A stretch of 64,000 bases of DNA from Enoplolaimus lenunculus (taxonomy: Eukaryota). Where the stretch lies: positions 310,001 to 374,000 of the forward strand of contig JASANG010003338.1 of the NCBI GenBank assembly GCA_030248215.1. Direction: 5' to 3'. The translations under genes were made by a program, and so were the position numbers. Shown one piece after another: positions 1 through 12,700 of this stretch (the first letter of the stretch is position 1; each line of letters starts with the position of its first letter). A model generated the notes under the pieces. The model was not told the origin of the DNA. It saw only the letters and a program-made list of their open reading frames with translations, and searched no databases.

Positions 1-186
1 TCCGCGGTTCTGCAGTATCTGCATCAAAACGGTTCTGGTGAACTCAAAAAGTATATGTAATAAGCTCATGGAAAAAAATACACGTGACGGTATTTTTGAA
101 TATTTAATAGAATTCACGTTTGTGTAGCGTATAAACGTCTGGTATTGCATATTCCTTCAAATGGTAAGGAGTTTTATCTACCTACT

Positions 187-621
187 TAGTGTAGTGACCG
201 GAATAAGAGGGGGAACTGATATCTATTGGCCTCTGGAGCAGGTACTTCTGTTCGGTTACGGACTGTTATTTATTTTAACCCGCCCTCCACCGCCCTTCGC
301 TACTGATATATGTACATATATAATTACGGTATTGCAAAAATCCGTTGAATTAAACGTTTTTTGTATTGTGTCAAAAACTTGAGCGATAATGCAACGTTTA
401 TACTTAGGAATGTACTTTCAAAATTTAAGTATCCTTTAAAGAGTCGAACTCAACTATATTTGGTCCTGGAATCATTTATGCGCTACAATTAAAGATAATT
501 GACAGGGTTAAGGGATTCTATTTCTTTACGGACAGTTATTAGGAATGCGGACTACTATTGATAAGGACTCAGAATGGAAACCCCCTCTTTACTACTCCCT
601 CTTATTTGGGTCACCACATCA
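187..621. mobile_element. MITE-A (TA-flanked, Tc1/mariner-type TSD), diverged full copy
   Basis: Degenerate TIR TA-CTGTAGTGACCCGAATAAGAGGGG at both ends; internal sequence shared with the other copies. Confidence 0.85.
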
Positions 622-1239
622 ATAAATAAGACGGTTTCAACCCCAGAAAAGAAAGTGGGGCTCAGTCCTCGAGATGGGTTTCATGGGACCGCACGGGGCG
701 GGGTGGAGCGGAACGAACTTAGAGTTTCCGTGCGGCACAGTGGCGTATCAAGAAATTTGGATTGGGGGAGCCGCATCCTGCCAGGTCCCTGCATTTTGTT
801 TCCACATAAAAGTGAGCTTAGAACTGGTCAGTCCTGGCCCATTTAAATTTTTGAACGCGATATATGACGTTGGCTGGCCAAGCTTTCAAGGTCGGCTCCG
901 AAATCATTTCCAGAGCCTGGAACTGTCTCAAATCGTTTCTTTATTCGGTAACCAAACAGGAACACCCTTTGCCCATTATTTATTATTTTTAGTTTTGAGC
1001 TAATTAGGTTGGGCAATTTGACAATGACGTTTTCTTCGAACAATCGAGAAGTTAACAGTAAATTTTGTATTTGATGTAAATTCTGTCGCACAAACTGATT
1101 ACTATGACAGGACCCCCATATGGTGCAAAACGAAGTAAACTCCATCTCTGCTGTTCCCGCAGCCAGATGCTCATAGCGGTTTTTTCGCCAGAAACGCGTT
1201 CCGGTGCAAGAAAGCAGGCACTAGTAACAGCCTTTAATA

Positions 1240-1677
1240 TACTGTATAGACCCGAATAAGAAGGGGGTAATAAGAAGGGGTCCCCATTTTGAGTCCGAAT
1301 CAATAGGAGTCCGTATCCCTAATAAGAGTCCGTAAGCGGATAGGGTCCCTAAACCCTAGTTGGAGTCCATAAATTTCAATTAACCCGAATAGTAGCGCAT
1401 AAATGACTCCAGGACCAAATAATTTGAGTTCAAAACTTTAAAGCGTACTTAAATTTTGAAAGTACAAAGTATACACTTGTATTATCGCTCAAGCTATTGA
1501 CACAAGACAAATAAACGTTTAATTTAACGAATAATTGCAGTAGCGGATATATCAGTAACGAAGGGCGGCGGAGCGTGGGTTCAAGATAAATAACAGTCCG
1601 TACCCGAATAACAAGGGGGATACCCTCTGAAGAGGTCAAATAAATATCAGTCCCCTTTTATTCGGGTCACTACAATA
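1240..1677. mobile_element. MITE-A full copy (reverse orientation)
   Basis: TACTGTATAGACCCGAATAAG ... TTATTCGGGTCACTACAATA. Confidence 0.9.
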
Positions 1678-2292
1678 GCTTTCTTGATATTAGACGTCAA
1701 AATTTTTAGCATGCGGTTCTCGTCCAATGCGAAGCTGTCAACGCCACTGTTGGTTTTGAAACCGTTCAACGTTGGTGTGACATTCCGGGCGTTGTTTGCC
1801 AAATGCATCCACTGCCAGCTAATTATGGATGTAGTCAGGGTCCAACCATGGACCCAAGATTGAGTTGATAAAAACGTGGACCCCTGTATAATTGGTCAAT
1901 TTAAATTTTATCTTTTCGAACCAGTCTTCACAAACCCATTGCGAGAGCGGGCCCAGAGTCCGAAGCCTCACTGTCCTCCAATATGATTCGCTCCTAAACC
2001 AAGTTTGTTCTCTATGACAAGTTGGTCCCGTCTGTCCACTTTGTATTTGAAAACATCTCATAAAAACTGAAAAATGCAAAAAAAATTCATAGTAATTCGA
2101 TTGGAGATAGAATAAAGTAACTTAAAAACATCGTTGATACTTAATATCTGTACAAAGAGTTAATGGATGATTGCAAACTTGATACGGTGATTAGTTGTAA
2201 ACTTATAATCGTGCTATTCAACTGTTCTCTCTTTTTCCGTTGAGAAATACTCTTCAAAACTGCAGAATACTGCTGTTTTCTTAATAGTAGCT

Positions 2293-2596
2293 TTGTTTAT
2301 GTTTGTTTGTTTGCTTGTTTGTTTGCTTGTTTGTTTGTTTGTTTATTCGCTTCTTTCTGTTTGTTTGTTTGCTTGCTTGCTTGCTTGCTTCTTTGTTTGT
2401 TTGTTTGTTTGTTTGCTTCTTTCTTTGTTTGTTTGCTTGCTTGTTTGTTTGTTTGTTTGCTTGCTTGCTTGCTTCTTTGTTTGTTTCTTTCTTTGTTTTC
2501 TGTTTGTTTGCTTGTTTGTTTGTTTGTTTGTTTGTATACTTGTTTGTTTGTTTGTTTGTTTTGTTTGTTTGTTTTGTTTTGTTTGTTTGTTGTTTT
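2293..2596. repeat. (GTTT/GCTT)n microsatellite
   Basis: About 300 bp of imperfect tetranucleotide repeat. Confidence 0.97.
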
Positions 2597-5500
2597 ACTA
2601 ATCAACCATGACAATACATCCAAAGCTCAGGAGACCAATGTATGTTATTAAAAGACTAATTCAATTCAACAACACTAAGGACAAGCTAAACATAATTAAT
2701 GATGTGAAAACAGCAGAATATAGGTACGAATAACTCTTCCTTAAAAATAGCGATTGTCAATATAATCTTCGGTTGAACACTGTACGAGGCTTAGTGATGA
2801 AGCTAAACTTTTTGGCAAATAATTCCGAAGCTTTATGACCCTGTTCCTAAAACACTTTTCCACCAATCAAAATTGGATCCATTTTTGCTAGCTATATTTA
2901 GTCTTGTTGTCGTCTCACAAGGAGTCCAAACTTTCTATATGCTTTATGGTGAAAGCAGAATAATTAGTAAATACACTAAAAATGTACGTCATCTAAGAAA
3001 CTGACTGCATGAAATGTGGGATCGAGCCCCATGAGCCTTTTTATAATCACTACAAGATGCGGCAGAAATTAAAGAATGAGTTTCTATTAATCCTGACACA
3101 TAATCAATATAGCAACTGTTGTGGCTGCAACGTTAATTACGACAAATTCGTTCCGATAAAAGCAAAATACATTTATGGGACAGAAATTACGAACGAACGT
3201 TGCTTGCGAATGGTATTTGTTCGCGTTGACGGTGATATCTTCAAACTTGTTTGTTCACTAGGTGAAAACTTAATTCAATTATCAGAAAGTAAGTACCGCG
3301 ACCGTTACGTGCGGACGGACACCGCCCATTTGCGATATTACCTGCGCGTACAAATTTCAGCCGCAAGTACCATTTTCAGGACTCTTACTCGTTTTCCGTC
3401 TACAGTTTACGCAATTTCCAGACAGCATAAGTTTAGGCTTAGATCAGGTTTAGCCGAAGGTTTAAGCTTGTTGAGGAAGCGCGCAAAACAATTTTCAGAC
3501 GCAATTAGTAATGCTAACGACTTCTGAAAACAATCGGAACTCCTGCTATGATAAATGCTCACCGTGAAAGGAATTACAAGTAAACACGGGCGTCCCCACG
3601 GGGGGAAGACATTGAGTGACTGTGCCTTCTCCCCCAACTTTGGCTGGTGCCCCCCCAAATTGACTCGGTCTAAAAGTAAACAATCTTGAGTTGCAATTGT
3701 AGGGGCGCCCCAAACTTATTCGACGCCCTCCTCAAACATTAGTTTCTGCGAACGGCCTTGCAACACGAGCGCTCTAATTGACTAAGTAACTTTGTACTTT
3801 GTGCTTCCAAATACTAAAGTTTGATCGGGCAAAACGTTTACGCCAGTGCTGGATTAAACACACTGCCGGCGCTATAATGAAAATTCCAAGATTGGCGAAA
3901 AATTATAGTAATCAAAAAAAGCGTTGATTCTAATGAAATCAGTAAACGAAAAATCTGAATGATAGAACGTAGATTGCACCTTACTAATTTCACAAAAAAA
4001 TTTCAAGAACGCGAGAAAATTTTTGCTTCACAATCCGTTAAACTGTGGATGCAGATACGCTACAGAGCGATCCCCTATTGCTGCCAGTTTTAGCCAACAT
4101 ATCATCTTTGATCTATGTTTTTATACCCCTGGTTTTTCGAAAAGTCAATCTCTGACGTTCGTAATACCATAAAATCTTGCACATGGTGATATTTTGTGCA
4201 ACCTTCATCGCATAGAATTATGTTGCGTATAGTTATACTTTCATTTCATATAAAATGTTGCCGAAAAGTCGCAATGCCAGCCAGATGTTGGCATACTTAA
4301 AACGTACAAAAGGTTTTCGAATATCATTAAAATATTCACATTATATATATTTTAATAATTTGGCAATGGTCAAGTATAAAAGTTATTCTATTAAGCGCCT
4401 CAAAGTGTGATTTTAAACAGCACTGGTGCATCAAAAAGAGCGCTGGTTGTTGCAAGCTGGTGCATCTTGACCAGGACTTCCCAAACAGGGATCAAAACCA
4501 AGATTATTTATTAACGTTTATTAGCAATAAAGTGGCGTTCGGTTTTTTGCCCGCTTAGCCCGGGAGTTTCTCCACGCGTCCACTTTGCGGAATTTTGGCT
4601 TCTCGCTAGCTTCGACCGCATAATTTTTCATAATTATTATTCGTTCGGCCATCCATCAGAATTTTCTGGATGGGCCACCGCTTAAGACGCTGATTCACGT
4701 CACAATTGACTGGCACATGCTGATACTCTATCAATTTTCTCACGCTTATAGACTGAGTTAGGTCAGAAGCTACTGTGAACTTCAAATCAATTCCGCTGTC
4801 TGTGATTTTTACTTTTTTAACGGATAAAACCCGAACCATGCTGCAGACAATGGGCCAGCTTGAGAAATATCCTTTACCGAGCTGGAAACAACGTTTACGG
4901 TTGGCATGAGTTTATGATTCAAAATTAAACGATTAATAATTTTTATTTAATTATGCTTTGGCTTAGGCTTAGATTTACTGGTAGTGTTCAGAATCCTATT
5001 AATTTTATACCGTTACGCAGGATGTAAATAACTTTAAGTAGAGGTCAAATATGACAATATTTAAATTTAAAAAAGCTCTTTCAGCAATATTTATCGCAAC
5101 CATTCATTAGGCCGCTGAAACCAATCAAAAGTTTAAAACAATGGGAAGTTTCAAAACACTTCAGTGCGTTGCTGCTGTTCTCGACAATCTCTCTATTGTT
5201 GAAACCGTAAAATTTTTTATCTTGTTAATTTTAACCTTTCTTGCAAAATTACATTTTTTTGACTTTAATGACCATTATATCTAAAATATTTGAACCTTGG
5301 CTATTGGTGCCTGCAAGAAATTTGCAAGGGGTGAATTTGCAACACTGTGTTCCTTGAGCGATTTGTATATGGGTAATTATTTTAAGTAAACATCTTCTTA
5401 GAGATGGTAATTTTGATATTTTCCCTACTGAAGCTTACTCGTTTTGCCAATATCCTGTCGGCACTCATATCCTAAGCATAGGCAATACATATAATAAAAC

Positions 5501-6221
5501 CTTATCTCCGTGTGTCAGTTTGCTGCATTTCCTTAATAATATGAATACAGCTATTTTTAGGTTCGTTGGCTGCTGCAAAAATTTTCGCCATTTCAATGCG
5601 AAATGCTGTAAAAATGAACAAAAATCGGTGTTCGAAGAGAAGCTGTGTTAATACAAAGGCAGTAAAAACTATAATCTGACGAGCTGACAGAGCTACCGCC
5701 TTTTAAGTATTTACAGCTTACTTGAAATAACGCCGAGCCAGAAGGTTTCTGTTTCTTCAATTTGTTTCGGCATATTTGCAAGATTACATGAAATGCGGCT
5801 TTGTTTTATTTTTTAAGACGTACTGGAAAGGAAAACTAACGTTTTCATGTTAGCTTATTGAGGCGTCACAAGGTTGGAGTCATCCAACATAATACAACGT
5901 ATAGCGGTCACCAAGGGTCAATATCGAAGCTATTAAATCCATCCATCTCTTAAATATAAGTAAATAAATGCATATATAATATACACATATATAATATATA
6001 TACATATATATTTATATATAAATAATTAAGATGTGGTTATTTCGGTTACTCTATACCCACGATTTATGCGGACTTCTGCTCCTCATGACCACTCTAAGAC
6101 CGGCAGCAAAACGAAACTTTTGAATATAGTCCGTTGACCTTAGTTTCCAGATTAACTCTGCTCCTACTGAAAAACTATTCTGGTCCATGTCATATTTTCA
6201 CTGCACAAAGTAGATTTTTGC

Positions 6222-6669
6222 GACCGATGTACAGAACAGTGCAGTAACATTAGAAGCATATTCATAAGCCAAAGCCTAAGCCTAAACGTAAGAATGAGCT
6301 TATACCTTAAGCTTGTACGTGAAAAAAATTTCTGAACATGTTTCTAAAAGTTAAACGCGTTTTCTTGGTTTTCTTGACGAACAAGTAATTGTGGTAAAAG
6401 CATCAATTTGATTTGCACAATTTGCAGGCTACTGATACACTTAACTGCCGATGAGGCTGGTTTTCGTGTTTTGGGAGCTATAAACGTCCAGGAAGCAAAT
6501 GACCAAAAATGGTAGTTTAAAGTACAATGTTTAGAGTCACTTTCGTTGCTGAAACTGTTCATTATTTTGCTACCTTTAGTTTCATTCAATGTTATAAACA
6601 TTTAGTTTACAAGCTTACTCTATTGTAGTCCTGTAGGAAACCGTTCCGCCATTGATCTTTACATATGCC
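6222..6669. mobile_element. MITE-D copy with an internal insertion
   Basis: Left end GACCGATGTACAGAAC followed by GCCAAAGCCTAAGCCTAA; right end AAGCTTACTCTATTGTAGTCC...TTTACATATGCC. Confidence 0.6.
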
Positions 6670-7377
6670 GATTTTGTTATTGGAGGACGATAAATATATG
6701 CGAATCGAACTGCGCTAATGGTAACGTGTGAGCGACGACACTACAGGCTGCAAAACGTCATCCGCACGTTTTTTACATTTAAAAACAACCTTCAAGAAAA
6801 AACTGTATAATTCTTGTATTATATTTTAAAATACGTTTATAAACTATTGCTGTCTTCATAATACCGAGCGCATTATTTCTAAAAATTAGCCTGTATCAAA
6901 TCTCAACAAGCGAACTGTGTGTATGAAGTTGTTCGCAAAGACGCAAGCACGATTTTTATTGTCTACGATACGTTTTATAACATCTTTCAGATGTCTCAAA
7001 TCTAGGACGTTTACAGGGAAGTCTATAAAAAACAAGCTATTCCCTCTTGAAATTTCTTCAGCAATAAAAATTATAAGCAGTTTTAACAGTATTCAAACTA
7101 TTAATCTGCTAGATTTTGGCAAGAATATTTTTTATATGAGGTTTATGTTTGCCGAAATTTCATCCTGGCTACGCCCCTGTAAAATTATTAATGATAGAAA
7201 AAATTGTTCTATGATGCGCACGTATACAAATAATTGTTGCAATTCTACGGTTGTTACGTATGTTAAAAGACATAGAAAACGCAAATAATTCTTGTTTTTT
7301 AGTTATTGTCCTCAGTTGCTCTGATATTCGACGACCATAAAAGAAATGACCAATGTTATTTTGAGGGGCGTCCATGG

Positions 7378-7804
7378 GGAGGGGGTAATATACGGGGGGT
7401 TTCCATTTTGAGTCCGAATCAATTGGAGTCCGTATCCCTAATAAGAGCCCGTAAGCGGATAGAGTCTTTAAACCCTAATTAGAGTCCATAAATGTCAAAT
7501 AACTCTAATTCTAGCGCATAAATGACTCCAGGACCAAATAACTTGAGTTCGAAACTTTAAAGCGACTTAAATTTTGAAACTACATTCCTAAGTATAACCT
7601 TGTATTATCGCTCAAGCTATTGACACAAGACAAATAAACGTTTAATTCAACAGATAATTGCAGTACCGGATATATATCAGTAACGAAGGGCGGCGGAGCG
7701 TGGGTTAAAAATAAATAACAGTCTGTACCGAATAACAAGAGAGTGGTACCCTCGGGAGAGGCCAAATAAATATCTGTCCCCCTCTTGTTCGGGTCACTAC
7801 AGTA
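7378..7804. mobile_element. MITE-A copy, left TIR lost (reverse orientation)
   Basis: Body is colinear with 1240-1677 and ends CCCCTCTTGTTCGGGTCACTACAGTA. Confidence 0.88.
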
Positions 7805-9589
7805 GCAAAAGATCCATCGATATAGCTTGAAAAGTTTTCTACGCAAAATTATGCCAGCTCGACTTTTGTTTAGTTCATGGAACCAGTTTTAAATTTCCTA
7901 GGTTCTTCGAAAAAAATATGTTACAAGCATTAACCAATTTTTGAGTATTGCACGTGTTACGTATTCAAATGTTTTGCTGCAGGCAAATTTAAAATATGCA
8001 AACCTATGTTAGTTTATTTTATACAAATTTTTGTAAGATATTTAAACAAGAATTAAACCAATAAATTGAAGGTCTTTAAAAAGTTTGATATTTCGACGAC
8101 AAAATTTTCACTCTTGGGATCATTTAGTATTTTATAAAACAGCTTAAAAGTAGTTTCGACAGTCGAGCACAGAATTCAACATTTCAAGAGAAGCACCCGA
8201 GAATTTCATGATCACCACTACAAGCGGGTTTGAAAGTTTTCTTGGAGAACCAAAATTTTTCTAAAATCACGGTTGACAGAGCTCGCCTTAGCTGCTCTTA
8301 CGGCGGTGACCCACGCATCCAAATTAGCCGTTTGCAAGTGCTAAGCTTGCGCTCAAAGGAAATTGAAACAAGAGCGTATTGATAATCAAGTCTTTGTTTA
8401 AAAAGGCGAAAAAAATCACAGAGGTGTTGTTGTTATTAGTGTTAATGCTTACATATTTGATGCGTTCGCAGAACGCAAAGAGGGTGTAAAACGAATCGTA
8501 TATCACAATAATGTTGCGCTGACAAATTGCTGACAAATTACCGCTTGCTTCGACCAAAATCAAAAACGCCCTAACAGTTGGTTGTTTTAAGCACCTTTGG
8601 AAGGGAGATTGCCCTTCTCTGGCTGTCTTTCTGGTTTTCTCTCATTCAGTGTCTTAGTTGTTAATGATTAACACAAGTGTTTTTCTTTCGGGTGAACTGA
8701 TAGATTGAGATATTAATTTTTGGTAAAATTAGCGACGATGTAGTAGCTACAATAATTCTAGCTTTATGCTTTTACAATCTAGACCGACAGTCTAAAATGT
8801 ATATAGTGTTTATTTCTAGTTAGCAATAGGAATTCAAACAAGCAAACTACGACCACTACAGATTCCATATTGAGCATATTTAGTAGGGTAGGTCAAATCT
8901 TAAAGTTGTTTTAAAATACAAATTTCTCATCGTTTGGTAGTTCAAAAGAAAGAAGATCCATTTCTAACTGATGATAGACGCTATAGCCATTTGAGAATAC
9001 AGGCCGTAATAAATCTCAACAGGCAATAACCAATGTTTAATTGCTAAATTTCTCAAATAGCAGCTGAAATGTTCAAATTTCATTTTTTTTTTTTTCAACC
9101 ACAGTACATACAACCCCATAGCAGCTGAAAATGTTCAAATTTCAATTTTTGGTTTATTTTAGAATTTAAAGAAATACAAACGCACAGTTTTTTAATAGAT
9201 TTATAACCAATCAATACTAATTTTGATGACAATATTGATTGTAATATCCAATAAAATTCAACATTTTTCAATTTAAACTCTTACCAAAATTTTAAAAAAA
9301 CTAACCAAATAAAACAGAATTTGATCAATGCAAGTATAATGTAAAATAACTATTCGTTATTTTAAAATTACTGACAACGAAAATCGCGTAAAAAATGACG
9401 TCTTTTCTGAAAATTGAGCTAAGACAACTTATGTAACGCTAAATAACAGTAATTTCTAGTAACATCAAGATACTCGCAATTACCGTAGCTTCGTCGTATT
9501 ATAGCTTTTCCACGATTGTCAAAGATTTCTTGAAAGATTTCCTGGAGTGATTAAAAAATTTTCAATTTGATTGAAAATATCTTATACTC

Positions 9590-9785
9590 TTGAAAAATTT
9601 TACCACATGGTGACCAAGATTTGTCCATTTTGATCAAAAATATCTCACGGCGATCGGCGGTTTTCCCACGATGATCAAAGAGATTTTTCACAGTGGACGT
9701 TCCCGCGAGATCGAAAACTTTCTCACATTGGTCGAAAATTTTCCCACGGTGATGGAAACTTTCTCACGGTGATCCAAAGTTTCAC
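9590..9785. repeat. Degenerate ~21-bp tandem repeat (CACGGTGATCGAAAATTTTCC-like)
   Basis: Recurring TTTCYCACGRTGATC motif directly upstream of the proposed DEG/ENaC ATG. Confidence 0.65.
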
Positions 9786-12700
9786 ATGATGTCTGACAAC
9801 AAAGCACAAATTTATGCGACAATCGAACGTCTGAAATCACGGATAGAAGATCTCGAGGCTAAATTAGCGCATAAACTATCTGGACATCAACACACTGCTC
9901 ATGCACAATGTTCGATGAACAGTAACACAAAGAATGAGCTGAAAACAAGCCCCTGGTTAAATCAGCCAATTAGCAATGGTAAAAGCAGTTTAAGCCTTGA
10001 AGAGTTATACTGTATTGAACAAATAAGATGTGCTTAACCTTAAACTTAGGCTCAGACTTAGCGTTTTAGTCTAGGCTAATACTTAGGATTAAACTTGGAC
10101 TTAGGTATACGAACGGTATCAGCTGTAGTGATAAATAATTTGTTTTGTATGAAATTAACAGTAGTATGAGGGAAAACCAAGAAAAAGAGTGCACAGTGCT
10201 ATAATAGCCAGTCTTGCATTGCATACATGAAGCATATACATGAAACATATTTGCGTTTAACAGGTCGAAGTATACCACCAACGCAATCAGCATATCGAAT
10301 AGTGCTGGATTTACAAAGTGAACTACAACGAAGCGGTCTTCATGGAATTTCAAGCCTTTTGAATACACGCGCTCCTGTTCATCGAGCTCTATGGTTTGCG
10401 CTATTGTTTTGCTTTTTTGTTCTTGCCGTTGCACATACGTAAGTTTTTGTCTGCAGCGAACCGGTGAGAAGGGGAGCTTTGAAGTTGTACCCTCTCGTCC
10501 AATCAGCCTGAAATGTCTTACAAATCAACGATTTAATAAATATGTCTTAGAGCTCAACGTTTTAGTTACTTCTTCGGAACTGGCTATCACGAGTGGATAC
10601 GGAGTAACGGCGGGGTCGGTGGGGCGCACGCCATCGGCAGAAAATTTTCTACGATTAAAAATGGTAAGATCCTCACCTTACAATAGTTTTTTCTAAGAAA
10701 ATTGGCAGATATATAGCATACACTGAAAGTTGCGTTTCATAACTTTTGCCAGCTCGATATACTGTACCTAACTTTGTACAGTATTTTATTTGATCCAGAA
10801 AACAATTTCTTGGGCCAATGTAGAGAGAACCGGACCGTAACAGTAGTATAAGCATATCCCTCTATAAGCCTGAGTCTAAGAAGCAAAAAAACTCGTCTAA
10901 AGCTTAAGTTTACTCTATATTGAAGTCCCGCAAGATATATTTGCGTCTCTATTCTTTTTATGCGAGCCGTTTGTTGTTATTTCCTTATTTGTGTACAAGT
11001 TTATCGGCAGTTTTGTGATCGTGTGTTTTAGGTGTGTAACAATTTATAATGCAATGAGCAGTCCAACGCATTTTAAAATTTACTATAAGCCAACATATCG
11101 ACTTCAGTTCCCAAATTTCACGCTGTGCTCACATCAAGGTATGTTTATGAACATTACAAAACTTGAATCAAACATGCCACCCGGCGGCCGATCATCTCAA
11201 AATCGTAGCCGCTACGCATTGCGGCCACAAGCCAGTTTTGGCGCCAAATCGGCCAAAACATTATTCAACAAACACACCGTTGACGTTATACCGATAAATG
11301 TTGAAGAATTTGTCGCACTTATGACAGGATTGCCAGATCTTGGCTATTTGAAAGATTCAATTTTGTCAAACACTATTGTTGACAAACGTCAACTTAACTT
11401 TGAACGTGGCCGGCGAGAAATTCAACGAAAGTTCAACGGAAATATGGTTGAAGCAGTGAACTATGCGTTCAAGTATTATAGTTTGCCGTGTCGGAAAATA
11501 TTTTATCGATGCTATTACGACGCAACCGAGTTTGATTGCTGTAAGCTGTTTAAACCGTTGTTTAATACGTTTTACGGACTTTGTTACGCGACAAATACTC
11601 AAGATTTAGCGGAGTTGTTTTCGAAGTTAGCTGGATTACGGTATCAAGTAGGTTCTGGCTAAAAAAGTTTCCGGAGGGGCACACAAAATATTTTCACTCA
11701 ATTACAAGCAAGGTTATTCAAAAGTTTATAACGGATGCCAAGATTTTTACGGAAGAGGGGACTGAGTCTTCCTGCAACCAGGGTGCAACCGGAATTCCGG
11801 AACTAAATTTTTACCGGATTTAAAAATTCCGGTGTTATAATTTGGCTGTTTTCTTAACTTTGCTAATTTTTAAGAATCTCTTTTGAAAGCCACTTGTACT
11901 CCGAATATAAGCCATTGATGGTGGATTTCACTTCAGTCGACGACGAAAATCTAAAATACAACAAATAAAATAAATACCTATGTTCGACTAAGGTTGCTTC
12001 ACAAATAATAGAGCAAAAAACACCATTAAAATGAAATTTTTGGTTAAATGCATGTTTCACTTTCCGGTTCCGGTTCCGGTAAAATTTTCAAATTCCGGTT
12101 CCGGTAAATTGTAATTCCGGTTGCACCCTGCCTGCAACTCGTTGGCAATGCGCACAAGAAAGTTGCGAACAGGAGAACTAAAGTGGAAAGCAGCGTACAC
12201 CGTATGCCTGCGTCCGGCTTCAGCTCCGGCAGAAAATGAATCCCCGGCTCCGGCTCCGGCAAAATTTTGGATAGATATTCCGGCCATTTGGATAATAAAA
12301 ATTATCTGTCGTTTTACATAGTTCTGCTATTTAACGAGCTTGATTTTAACTTTACGCTAATTTAAACCTTTAACTATACGTATATAAAGCTTTTTCAAAA
12401 TTGGAACTTAGACTATTTTTGACGACATTAAACATATTATTGTTTGTTGACTCCTGGCTCTACTTCTTTCGCCATCTTCATTTGCACCATGCTGGAAATG
12501 TGTATGATGGCAAATTTAAACTCGTGATCTGTCCTGTGGAACCTTTGTTATGCACGAAACTTTTTTGTGTACCTTGTTTGCCACTGAGTTCCGTATATTA
12601 AGCATGAACCTAAGCTTAAACATTAACATAAGCCTAATCCTAAGTTAAAGTTTATGTGCAGCAGCTGTGTTGTGCAGTTGTTGAGGACTTGAGCTGCAGA

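Noticed and set aside
161..382. Recurrent similar short ORFs (also 1430, 7580, 26629, 30427)
   Set aside because: They lie within non-coding MITE-A copies, frames are not conserved, and there are no transposase motifs.
2293..2651. Four overlapping ORFs rich in FVCL / KQTN
   Set aside because: Translation artefacts of the (GTTT)n microsatellite.
3009..3527. 172-aa ORF
   Set aside because: No motif, and it runs through a degenerate TTAGGC-like tract. Likely a chance ORF.
4540..5790. Short exon-like pieces on the minus strand
   Set aside because: Could not be joined into a phase-consistent gene with a recognisable product.
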